In this document: positions 11,001 to 18,653 of the stretch, in pieces
Numbering within the stretch: position 1 is the first letter of the stretch
Layout: each line of letters begins with the position of its first letter
Assembly (NCBI GenBank): GCA_052035195.1
Contig: JBPOHU010000001.1
Location: 13,713 to 77,712, forward strand
Length of the DNA: 64,000 nucleotides
Direction: 5' to 3'
DNA from: Candidatus Nomurabacteria bacterium
Lineage (GTDB): Bacteria; Patescibacteriota; Minisyncoccia; Phycocordibacterales; UBA9973
Translations under genes and position numbers: made by a program
The notes under the pieces: generated by a model
What the model was told of the DNA's origin: nothing
What the model saw: the letters and a program-made list of their open reading frames with translations, nothing else
The model's database searches: none

Positions 11001-11178
11001 CGGAACTATCTCTTCATACTTATGGACAAAAGTATCAGGCACGGGAGGAACTATCACTTCACCATCTTCTGCTTCTACTACAATTACAGGACTATCTGCA
11101 GGTTCATACACCTTCCGTCTTAGTGTTACTGATGATGATGGGGCTGTAGTAAGTAAGGATTTTCAATTTTCTTTTTAA
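8077..11178 (+). CDS. Secreted multidomain protein: N-terminal beta-sandwich domain, four PKD-like repeats, SGNH/GDSL hydrolase domain and alpha/beta-hydrolase (esterase) domain
   Basis: Signal peptide MKKKNILFGASLAVFISVLGFVFF. Repeats of the form NAGTDQxITLPISSVTLTGSxTDTDGTISSYSWTKISGTGGTITSPSSASTTITGL..FRLSVTDDDG are PKD-like and occur four times. SGNH motifs (ILGSSTAAG near the N-terminus of the domain, DGIHLNDAGH at its end). Alpha/beta-hydrolase nucleophile elbow GLSMGG. Confidence 0.6.
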   Translation: MKKKNILFGASLAVFISVLGFVFFEPVSASSKTFLVDFGRQDLSTSVSGWNNITNPSLGTNSNLVDSTGASSSLNLQISNAFVTNASYPTYSANNGGTTASTVYPASATRDSFYLTPYGTTADTAGQITISGLNNDASYTFKFFASRVDSSTAARTAQYTIGTKSSTLNATNNVNSIAQIQDVVPTNGSIVINVSILSGSSYAYLGALEIVENSSTTPTNINPVANAGLDQSILLPINSVTFSGSGTDTDGSIVGYSWSRISGTGAITSPSSASTTITGLLQGTSVFQLTVIDNQGALGTDTVSVVVNPGTPSNVSPSVNAGTDQTITLPISSVTLTGSATDTDGTISSYSWTKISGTGGTITSPSSASTTIIGLSAGSYTFRLSVTDDDGAVSSDTLVVVVNPQTVGVCPVPQKIVILGSSTAAGNAASSYQNSWAGRLATYGQSQNPGGQIINLGMSTYTTYHILATGSSTPLDRPTPDTARNITRALSYSPDAIIINMPTNDAANGYSLAEQQANFISLAQIAADAGVDLWITTTQPRNLNSSQRAQLITMRDWINQQFGLKAVDFWTTVANADGTINSTYNSGDGIHLNDAGHLVLFNSLLSENIYDVLCTANSNVSPSANAGTDQSITLPISYLTLTGSGTDSDGTISSYSWTKVSTLAGTITSPSSASTTITGLAQGTHTFRLTVTDNGGLTASDDVVVVVNADPLLQSATTIAGYNAIVHLPGDYGQTGTKQYPLILFFPGLSEAGTGNVYDLLSYGPSAFIAAGNPMEFNVNGVVEKPIVISVQTGQWPQPSIINTILSNITSQYRVDSARIYLTGLSMGGWTVDTYVSENETYANKIAAVVAVQPAGMDNPVSQMSTFASAGGKWWGIRGINDVWGTEVPTIVTNMNSLSPGSARGTTVASGQPGSTHCCWNTFYDPVTWATNSSNSYSESIYEWMLKQSKNFNQAPTISFDPITINLSANVVDTDGTISSYLWTKVSGTGGTITSPSSASTTITGLSAGSYTFRLSVTDDDGAVVSKDFQFSF

Positions 11179-11190
11179 GGCATATTTTAG

Positions 11191-12045
11191 ATGATCAATA
11201 AAGACCTTTTAAAACGTGCGAAATTAATAACACGTCAGTATGGTCGTGGTTTTTATCGATCCTCTTTTTTATTCCCCAAGAAAGTAAGAGAGGCGACTTG
11301 GATTTTTTATGCTTTTGTTCGGTTGCCTGATGAAATGGTTGATACTGAGAAAGATAAAAACAAAGCCTTAGTTGAGCTTAACAAATGGTCTAATGATTGG
11401 AAGAGTGTAATCGATAATAATCCAAACAAAGAAGTAGATCCTTTAATCTTTGCTACTAAAGAGATTTTTGATTTTTATAATATTCCTTATGAATATGTAA
11501 GTAACTTTCTTTTTGCTATGTATCAGGACTTGAATAAAACAAGGTATAACTCTTATAAAGAACTAGAAGAATACATGTATGGCTCAGCTGCTGTTATAGG
11601 TCTCGTTATGAGTCATATTATAGGTTTTCGTGAAGGCGCATTGCCACACGCCAAGGCTCTGGGAGAAGCATTTCAGCTTATAAACTTTATAAGGGATGCA
11701 AAAGAGGATTATGATGTTCGTGGTAGAGTTTATTTACCCAAAGAAGATATGGATAAATTTGGTATTACAGAAGATTATATTAGAAAGAGTGTTTTAGATG
11801 ATTCAATGAAAAAGTTTTTGGCTTTTGAATTAGGTAGAGCCAAAGTTTTATTAGAAGAGGGGCAGAAAGGAATAAAAATGCTTGGTAATGGCAGAAGTGC
11901 TGTTTTTGCTTCTTACTTAATATATAAAAAACTAATAGAAAAAATTGAATTTGAGAATTATGATGTTTTTTCAAAAAGAATAGTTATTAGCCCATTACAA
12001 AAAACAATGTTACTCTTTAAAGCAGTATGGAACAAAAATCAGTAA
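11191..12045 (+). CDS. Squalene/phytoene synthase family enzyme (phytoene or 4,4'-diapophytoene synthase, CrtB/CrtM-like)
   Basis: Isoprenoid head-to-head synthase motifs: FYAFVRLPDEMVD (first Asp-rich region), YMYGSAAVIGLVM, and the second motif NFIRDAKEDYDVRGRVYLP. 284 aa, similar in size to CrtM. Confidence 0.75.
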   Translation: MINKDLLKRAKLITRQYGRGFYRSSFLFPKKVREATWIFYAFVRLPDEMVDTEKDKNKALVELNKWSNDWKSVIDNNPNKEVDPLIFATKEIFDFYNIPYEYVSNFLFAMYQDLNKTRYNSYKELEEYMYGSAAVIGLVMSHIIGFREGALPHAKALGEAFQLINFIRDAKEDYDVRGRVYLPKEDMDKFGITEDYIRKSVLDDSMKKFLAFELGRAKVLLEEGQKGIKMLGNGRSAVFASYLIYKKLIEKIEFENYDVFSKRIVISPLQKTMLLFKAVWNKNQ

Positions 12046-13535
12046 TCATAATAGGCGCAGGATTAGGAGGGCTTGCTCTCTCTGGCATGCTTGGCAAAAA
12101 GGGCTATAAAGTAACCCTGCTTGAAAAAAATGATTCTGTAGGTGGTAGAGCTAGGCTTTGGCAAAAAGATGGTTTTACTTTTGACCTTGGTCCTAGTTGG
12201 TACATGATGCCTGATGTTTTTGAGCACTTTTTTTCTTTAATGGGTGAAGATATAAATGATTATATTTCTTTACAAAAACTTGGTCCTTCATATCGAGTTT
12301 TTCTCAAAAGTAATGGTGCTGAATATGATTTTTATGGTGATATAGAAAAAAATAAACAAACTTTTGAATCAATAGAAAAAGGTTCAGGAGAAGTTTTAGA
12401 AAAGTTTTTAGCTTCAACAAAATATCAATACGAAATAGCAAAACAAGAATTCATGTTTAAAAACTATGATTCTATTTTTGATTTTATGAATAAGAGAATG
12501 ATGACTCTTGGTGCAAAGCTGCCTCTTTTTAAAAAACAAAAAAACATCATCGATAAACTTTTCAAAAGTGAACTCCTTAGAAAGGTTATGCAATATCAAA
12601 CTGTTCTTTTAGGGACATCTCCAGGAGAGACTCCTGGTATATATAGCATGATGAATTATGTGGATTTTGGCCTTGGTGTTTGGTATCCAAAAGGAGGTAT
12701 TATCGCTGTTCCAAATGCTTTGAAATCTATAACTAAAAAATACGGGGTCTCAATACGTACCAATGCAGACGTAGAGAAAATAATAGTAGAAGCTAACAAG
12801 GCTAAAGGAGTTAGACTCAAAGATGGTACAGAGCTTTATGCTGATATTGTAGTTTCTAATGCTGATATTGTTCATACAGATAAGACCCTTCTAGGAGGAG
12901 AGCATCAACAAAAGTCTACAAAGTATTGGGAAAAGAGATCCCTAGCACCGAGCGCTTTCATTCTTTATCTTGGTGTTAAGGGTAAAATCCCAAAAGCAGA
13001 ACATCATAACCTTATTTTTTCAAAATCTTGGGATGGCTACGCAAAAGAAGTTTTCAGTAGTAGTGGTGTTTGGCCGAATGATCCATCTCTATATGTTTGT
13101 GTGCCATCAAAAACAGATATAAGTGTTGCACCAAGTGGGGATGAAAATGTTTTTGTTCTTGTGCCTATTGCTCCAGGACTTGAATATACAGATGAATTTA
13201 TAAAACAATATAAAGAAAAAATTATTTCAGAATTGGCTACTTCTTTTAATGTTCCAGACTTGAAAGACAGAATAGTTGTAGAGAGGACTTATTGTGTTAA
13301 GGATTTTATAGCTGATTACAACGCTTTCAAGGGGACAGCATTAGGCTTGGCTCATACACTTGGTCAAACTGCTATCTTCAGGCCAAACAACGTACACAAG
13401 AAAATCAAAAATCTTTTTTATGTAGGGGCGGGGACAAATCCTGGTATTGGTATGCCGATCTGTCTTATCAGTGCAGAGCTAGCCTATAAGCGTATAGAAA
13501 ACATAACTCACCCATTTCCTTTAGAAAAGATATAA
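12027..13535 (+). CDS. Phytoene/diapophytoene desaturase (CrtI/CrtN family FAD-dependent oxidoreductase)
   Basis: N-terminal dinucleotide-binding fold VIIIGAGLGGLA..LEKNDSVGGRA. 502 aa. Overlaps the upstream synthase gene by 19 nt, suggesting translational coupling. Confidence 0.75.
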   Translation: MEQKSVIIIGAGLGGLALSGMLGKKGYKVTLLEKNDSVGGRARLWQKDGFTFDLGPSWYMMPDVFEHFFSLMGEDINDYISLQKLGPSYRVFLKSNGAEYDFYGDIEKNKQTFESIEKGSGEVLEKFLASTKYQYEIAKQEFMFKNYDSIFDFMNKRMMTLGAKLPLFKKQKNIIDKLFKSELLRKVMQYQTVLLGTSPGETPGIYSMMNYVDFGLGVWYPKGGIIAVPNALKSITKKYGVSIRTNADVEKIIVEANKAKGVRLKDGTELYADIVVSNADIVHTDKTLLGGEHQQKSTKYWEKRSLAPSAFILYLGVKGKIPKAEHHNLIFSKSWDGYAKEVFSSSGVWPNDPSLYVCVPSKTDISVAPSGDENVFVLVPIAPGLEYTDEFIKQYKEKIISELATSFNVPDLKDRIVVERTYCVKDFIADYNAFKGTALGLAHTLGQTAIFRPNNVHKKIKNLFYVGAGTNPGIGMPICLISAELAYKRIENITHPFPLEKI

Positions 13536-13545
13536 AAATAAAAAA

Positions 13546-13566
13546 CCTCCGCCTAGGAGGTTTTTT
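13546..13566. terminator. Bidirectional intrinsic terminator between convergent crtI/N-like and UbiA genes
   Basis: CCTCC-GCCTA-GGAGG hairpin flanked by an A-run (AAAAATAAAAAA) on the left and a T-run (TTTTTTATT) on the right. Confidence 0.55.
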
Positions 13567-13580
13567 ATTAATTAGGGTTT

Positions 13581-14432
13581 TTACCAAATATTTTTTGCAA
13601 ATAGCTCCATTGAAACGATTGCTCCAATTAGAGTATTAATCATAGGGAAGTAGGTATAGAGCTTGAATAGAGCTTCTTCTGTTTTCGCTCTCTGGCTACG
13701 CCACATAAAATAAGAGAAAACTATAGCCCCAACAAAACTTGCTATAGGGACTATATCTTTTACCAAATAACCAGCAAATACATATAAGAACCAACAAAGA
13801 GCTATAGTTCTCTGTTTTCCAATCATGATAGCGATAGTGTGTAGTCCTGCTTCAAAGTCTGCTTTGATATCTGGGACTGCACTATAGGCATGCATTGCAA
13901 CAGCCCAAAGTAGTCCAGCTATTATTCCAACAGCAGGGAAGCTTTCTCCTCCTGCTAGATAGTATCCAAAGACCCCCGTAGCAGTGTAGTGACCAGCAGA
14001 AAACAAGGAATCAATGATAGGTTTAGCTTTGGCTCGTATTGGTTCTGCAGAATAAAAAGAAGCAAAAAATACAAAAGCTAAAAATGAAAGTATTATTGGT
14101 GCAGAAAGTGGAACAAAGAAAAAGAATGGAACATTTGTAAAAATTATCCATTTCCATAGAGATCGTTGTCTTTCTGGTGGAACTAGTGCCTCATAGGCAT
14201 TGTCACCCTTTTTAGGATTTAGTTTATCCGTTTCGTAATCAAAAATATCATTGATACCGTATATCAAGATATTAGCTGGTATTAAAAAGTAGAGTGCAAA
14301 TACCCAATACCGCCAATCTGAAAAAAAGCTTAATCCCTGTAATGCTCCTACGGTTCCCACAAGTCCAAAAGTCGCTGCTTCATATAACCAAAAACGAGGT
14401 CTAGATATTTTAAGTACTTCTTTTATAGTCAT
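13581..14432 (-). CDS. UbiA-family aromatic/isoprenoid prenyltransferase (integral membrane)
   Basis: NDIFDYETD matches the UbiA NDxxDxxxD motif. Multiple TM helices. Start taken at the internal ATG (MTIKEVLKISRPRFW) rather than the ORF-track start at 14591. Confidence 0.65.
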   Translation of the reverse strand: MTIKEVLKISRPRFWLYEAATFGLVGTVGALQGLSFFSDWRYWVFALYFLIPANILIYGINDIFDYETDKLNPKKGDNAYEALVPPERQRSLWKWIIFTNVPFFFFVPLSAPIILSFLAFVFFASFYSAEPIRAKAKPIIDSLFSAGHYTATGVFGYYLAGGESFPAVGIIAGLLWAVAMHAYSAVPDIKADFEAGLHTIAIMIGKQRTIALCWFLYVFAGYLVKDIVPIASFVGAIVFSYFMWRSQRAKTEEALFKLYTYFPMINTLIGAIVSMELFAKNIW

Positions 14433-14490
14433 ATTGCAATAGTAGCATAAACAAAATAAAAACCCTCCCAAAAATTTTGAGAGAGTGAGG

Positions 14491-14709
14491 TTAGTCTTTT
14501 TGGTCTGGCAGTTCAAATTTAATGTACGTTGCCCATATAAACCATCCAATAAGTGTAAATAAAAAAGAATAGAGCACGGACCACAATACACTTATCTTAA
14601 ACACAAAATATAGTATAAACAGAGTAAAGAGTAGTGATCCTAAGGTTATTAATCCCATATGAAACATCAGATGGAAACCAGAGTGTAAATATTTTTTAAA
14701 CTTTTTCAT
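14491..14709 (-). CDS. Small two-TM membrane protein (72 aa), hypothetical
   Basis: ORF lies directly upstream of the UbiA gene on the same strand. Two hydrophobic helices. Assumes the UbiA start at 14432. Confidence 0.3.
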   Translation of the reverse strand: MKKFKKYLHSGFHLMFHMGLITLGSLLFTLFILYFVFKISVLWSVLYSFLFTLIGWFIWATYIKFELPDQKD

Positions 14710-14742
14710 TATACAAATTTTATGTTATAATACACTAACTTT

Positions 14743-15987
14743 ATGATTCGTCAAGATTTCGACAAGTTAAAATTCCCAGAAACACCAGGGGTATATGCCT
14801 GGCGTGATGCAGAAGGCAAAATCCTATATATAGGCAAGGCTACATCACTTCGCGATCGTGTGAGAAGTTATTTTTCTCCTGATGTTATTAAGACTCGTGG
14901 TCCACATATTGTAGATATGGTATTTAAGTCTCACACAGTTACATACCAAGAAACAATGAATGCTCTCGAAGCCCTTATCCTTGAAGCCAACTTAATTAAA
15001 AAATATAAACCTTATTACAATACCAAGGAAAAAGATGATAAGAGCTTTAATTGTGTTGCTATAACAAAAGAAGACTTCCCAAAAGTTATTTTAGTTAGGC
15101 AAAAAGATATAGATATAAAAAATAAAACAGTTAGAGCTCTAAGACACCCTAAGCCTATGTCGTACGATGTTATTTTTGGTCCCTATCCAAAAGGTTCAGC
15201 TATCAAAGAAGCCTTAAAAATCCTTAGACCAATTTTCCCTTTTAGAGATTTAGCTTCTTCAAAGAAAGACAATACTGTTTTTTATAGACAAATAGGACTT
15301 TCTCCAGATGTCATAAATAAAGATGCACAAATAGAATACAAAAAAACAATAAAAAGATTAAAAATGGTTTTTCAAGGGAAGTTTCAGTCTCTTTTAAAAG
15401 AACTCAAAAAAGAAATGTTATCTTTAGCTAATAAACAAAAATTTGAATTAGCAAATGTTTTGAAACAAAAAGTCTTTGCCCTAGAACATATTCAAGATAT
15501 TTCTTTGATAAAAAGAGATTTAGAAAGCACTGTCATAGGAGAAGAATTTCGTATAGAAGCGTATGATGTAGCGCATATTAGCGGAGCGTCTATGGTTGGT
15601 GTTATGACAGTGGTTACAAATTCAAGTTCTGATAAGTCTGCATATCGCAAATTTATTATCAAAGGTTTTGATAAGGCCAATGACGCTGGAGCTTTGAGAG
15701 AAATACTCACACGACGTTTTGGTCATCCAGAATGGGGAACGCCAAATGCTATTGTGGTAGACGGTAACCTTATACAGGTAAATGTAGCCAAAGAAGCTCT
15801 AAAAAATCTATCTTTGGATATACCAATAATTGCCGTTACAAAGGACGAACGTCATAGACCCAAGGCTATTAGCGGACCAAAGGAGATAGTTGAGAAAAAT
15901 AAATACGCAATACTTTTGGCAAATAACGAAGCTCATCGTTACGCTATAACTTTCCACAAAACTCGACGTAAAAAATCATTCGTGTAA
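14743..15987 (+). CDS. uvrC: UvrC-like excinuclease, shortened (GIY-YIG domain plus RNase-H-like endonuclease domain; no UvrBC-interaction or HhH region apparent)
   Basis: GIY-YIG N-terminus (PGVYAWRDAEGKILYIGKATSLRDRVRSYF..EALILEANLIKKYKPYYN) and the UvrC C-half signature EAYDVAHISGASMVGVMTVV..DKSAYRKF. Only 414 aa, against about 600 for a canonical UvrC. Confidence 0.7.
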   Translation: MIRQDFDKLKFPETPGVYAWRDAEGKILYIGKATSLRDRVRSYFSPDVIKTRGPHIVDMVFKSHTVTYQETMNALEALILEANLIKKYKPYYNTKEKDDKSFNCVAITKEDFPKVILVRQKDIDIKNKTVRALRHPKPMSYDVIFGPYPKGSAIKEALKILRPIFPFRDLASSKKDNTVFYRQIGLSPDVINKDAQIEYKKTIKRLKMVFQGKFQSLLKELKKEMLSLANKQKFELANVLKQKVFALEHIQDISLIKRDLESTVIGEEFRIEAYDVAHISGASMVGVMTVVTNSSSDKSAYRKFIIKGFDKANDAGALREILTRRFGHPEWGTPNAIVVDGNLIQVNVAKEALKNLSLDIPIIAVTKDERHRPKAISGPKEIVEKNKYAILLANNEAHRYAITFHKTRRKKSFV

Positions 15988-15998
15988 TATATAAACCA

Positions 15999-16736
15999 AT
16001 GGCAACAGAAAAACTATATTTATATGGCAAACACGCCCTCTCGGAGGCTCTTTTGGCGCGCCCAGAGGTTGTTCAAAAGGTTTTCCTTTCAAAGGAAATT
16101 GAGTCAGATGTTGAACTAGTTAATCTGCTTAAAAAACATTCTATTGGTATTAGTAGTATGAAAGGAGATATTAAAAAAGATGTTGGTAGTGATGCTGTGC
16201 ACCAAGGCGTAATAGCTGTTATCTCTCAAGAAAAACTATATTCATCTATGGATGAAGCACTTAAAAATGCTTCCAAAAAACAAAATCCTTGCATTGTCCT
16301 TCTCGATGAACTTCATGACCCTCATAATGTCGGGGCTATTATTCGTAGTGCGGTAGCCTTTGGTGCTAGCGCAATACTTTTACCAAAGCATAATCAAGCT
16401 CCTATTACAGGGGTAGTCATCAAGACTTCTGTCGGTATGGTATTTCGTATTCCGGTTGTATTGATAGGTAATGTAAATCAAACAATTCGCGACCTTAAAG
16501 ATAAGGGTTACTGGTCTTATGGCCTTGTGATGAACGGAACAACCACTCTTTCAAAGGCTGTATTTGATACACCTACACTTTTCATCGTTGGAAATGAGTC
16601 AGTAGGAATTCGAGAAAAAACTCTTGAGCTTTGTGATGTACCTCTTTCTATTCCTATGAATCCAGATTGTGAATCACTTAATGCCTCAACAGCTGCTTCT
16701 ATTGTTCTATACGAATACAGTCGTACTAACTTATAG
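15999..16736 (+). CDS. TrmH/SpoU-family RNA 2'-O-methyltransferase (RlmB-like)
   Basis: SPOUT motifs HNVGAIIRSAVAFGA and FIVGNESVGI..PMNPDCESLNASTAASIVLYE. Confidence 0.75.
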   Translation: MATEKLYLYGKHALSEALLARPEVVQKVFLSKEIESDVELVNLLKKHSIGISSMKGDIKKDVGSDAVHQGVIAVISQEKLYSSMDEALKNASKKQNPCIVLLDELHDPHNVGAIIRSAVAFGASAILLPKHNQAPITGVVIKTSVGMVFRIPVVLIGNVNQTIRDLKDKGYWSYGLVMNGTTTLSKAVFDTPTLFIVGNESVGIREKTLELCDVPLSIPMNPDCESLNASTAASIVLYEYSRTNL

Positions 16737-16770
16737 CTATTGTTAATAAAAGTTCTGCTATAATATATTC

Positions 16771-18639
16771 ATGATACATCCTAGTGATGGAGAACGAGTA
16801 ACTTATTTCGGCGAAACAAACTTTCGCAACCAACAAACGCGTTTTGGTATAAAAAACCGCGATCGTACTCGTCATATGTATGTGGTAGGAAAGTCTGGGG
16901 TAGGAAAGTCTACACTACTTGAAAATATGGCTATTCAAGACATTCAAAACGGAGAAGGGGTGGCCGTTCTAGATCCGCACGGTAGTTTTGCTGAGAAAAT
17001 GCTTGATTATATTCCTGAAGACCGTATTAAGGATGTGGTTTATTTTGCTCCTTTTGATATAGAAAATCCTATTTCTTTTAATATGCTTGAAGATATCGGA
17101 GAAGACAAGCGTCACTTTGTAGCTTCAGGATTGATGAGTACCTTCAAAAAGATTTGGGTAGACGCATGGAGTGCTCGTATGGAGTATATTCTTAACAATA
17201 TCTTGCTCGCTCTTTTAGAGTACCCAGATGCTACTTTGTTAGGAGTAAACCGAATGCTCTCGGATAAAGCTTTTAGAAAAAAAGTTGTTGAAAATATCAA
17301 AGACCCTTCAGTAAAAGCTTTTTGGACAGATGAATTTGAAAAGTACGGTGAGCGTTATATGCAAGAAGCTGGAGCAGCTATTCAAAATAAAATCGGTCAG
17401 TTTACTGCTAACCCTCTAGTTCGCAATATTATTGGTCAGCCTAAGTCTAGTTTTGATGTACGAGATATTATGGACAATAAGAAAATTCTTATTGTTAACC
17501 TTTCAAAAGGTCGTATTGGTGAACAAAATACAAGTCTCTTAGGTAGTATGATTATTACAAAGATTTATATTGCTGCTATGAGTCGCGCTGATGTTTCTCA
17601 TACTCGTATGGCAGAGCTTCCAAGTTTTTATTTTTATGTTGACGAATTCCAGTCTTTTGCCAACGAGTCCTTTGCTAATATTTTATCTGAGGCTCGTAAA
17701 TATAAACTCGCGCTTATCATTGCGCACCAATATATTGCTCAAATGGAGGAGTCAGTGCGCGATGCTGTTTTTGGAAACGTAGGAACAAGTGTATCTTTTA
17801 GAGTTGGACCACTGGACTCGGAGATGTTAGAGAAGGTATATGCACCACAGTTTACGTCAAACGATCTTGTAAATCTTGGTTTTGCGCAGATATATTTATC
17901 TTTGATGATTAACGATATGGGTTCTCAGCCTTTTTCTGCAAAAACCTTAGCTCCTATACCAAGACCATCTATTTCTTATAGAAATGATGTTATTGAGTGG
18001 ACCAGAGCTCACTTTGCTTTACCTAAAGACATAGTAGAGAAAAATATTAGAGATTGGTTTGGTGCTGGTAGCGAAGAATCTGGACAAAATAATTCCTATG
18101 AAAAGAAGCCGTATTTACAGAATCAAAAATCTTTTAGTCCAGAACAAAAGCCTTATCAAAAACCAACTACCTCTTTCCCAAAAAAGGAATACAAACCAGA
18201 GCAGAAGTTTACTAGTAGTGAGCCAAAAGTTCACATGCCTTTCAAAAAGGTTTTTGAAAAACCAATAGTTAAAGAAGAAACAAACAATATAAAACCAAGC
18301 GAAGAACTGTCGAAGCTTTTAGATGCTATTGATAATAGTCCCACAAAGACTAATGAAGCTCCTGTTGTACAAAAGGTTCCGAGGCCTCCATTTGTTGATG
18401 AAAAGCCTTTAACTCAAACTATAGCACCTGTTAAGCTCGCAGAAAGAGGTCCTACAGAATCTAGTCGCAACCTTCTCAAAGAAGCCTTAATGAAAGCTAC
18501 ATCAGGAACAAATATAAAAAATGAAGAAATAAAAACTCAAAAGACAGAAGATCCTATTTTAGAAAAAAAAGAAGATACTTCTGTAAACAATAATCCAAAA
18601 GAAATATCTCACAGCGAATTAAAAAAGATTTTAGAATAA
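16771..18639 (+). CDS. TraD/TrwB/VirD4-family (type IV coupling protein-like) P-loop ATPase with long Lys/Glu/Pro-rich C-terminal tail
   Basis: Walker A VVGKSGVGKSTLL followed by VLDPHG (matches the DPxG motif after the P-loop in T4CPs). Walker B FYFYVDEFQSF. IIAHQY motif. No N-terminal TM helices. About 190 aa of low-complexity C-terminus. Confidence 0.5.
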   Translation: MIHPSDGERVTYFGETNFRNQQTRFGIKNRDRTRHMYVVGKSGVGKSTLLENMAIQDIQNGEGVAVLDPHGSFAEKMLDYIPEDRIKDVVYFAPFDIENPISFNMLEDIGEDKRHFVASGLMSTFKKIWVDAWSARMEYILNNILLALLEYPDATLLGVNRMLSDKAFRKKVVENIKDPSVKAFWTDEFEKYGERYMQEAGAAIQNKIGQFTANPLVRNIIGQPKSSFDVRDIMDNKKILIVNLSKGRIGEQNTSLLGSMIITKIYIAAMSRADVSHTRMAELPSFYFYVDEFQSFANESFANILSEARKYKLALIIAHQYIAQMEESVRDAVFGNVGTSVSFRVGPLDSEMLEKVYAPQFTSNDLVNLGFAQIYLSLMINDMGSQPFSAKTLAPIPRPSISYRNDVIEWTRAHFALPKDIVEKNIRDWFGAGSEESGQNNSYEKKPYLQNQKSFSPEQKPYQKPTTSFPKKEYKPEQKFTSSEPKVHMPFKKVFEKPIVKEETNNIKPSEELSKLLDAIDNSPTKTNEAPVVQKVPRPPFVDEKPLTQTIAPVKLAERGPTESSRNLLKEALMKATSGTNIKNEEIKTQKTEDPILEKKEDTSVNNNPKEISHSELKKILE

Positions 18640-18653
18640 TTTTTTAAACCATC

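Noticed and set aside
13581-14591. Long N-terminal extension of the UbiA ORF (start at 14591) overlapping the upstream small ORF
   Set aside because: The extension (MYCGPCSILFYLHLL..) is Cys-rich and non-hydrophobic, and overlaps the 72-aa ORF at 14491-14709. The internal ATG at 14432 gives a typical UbiA N-terminus.
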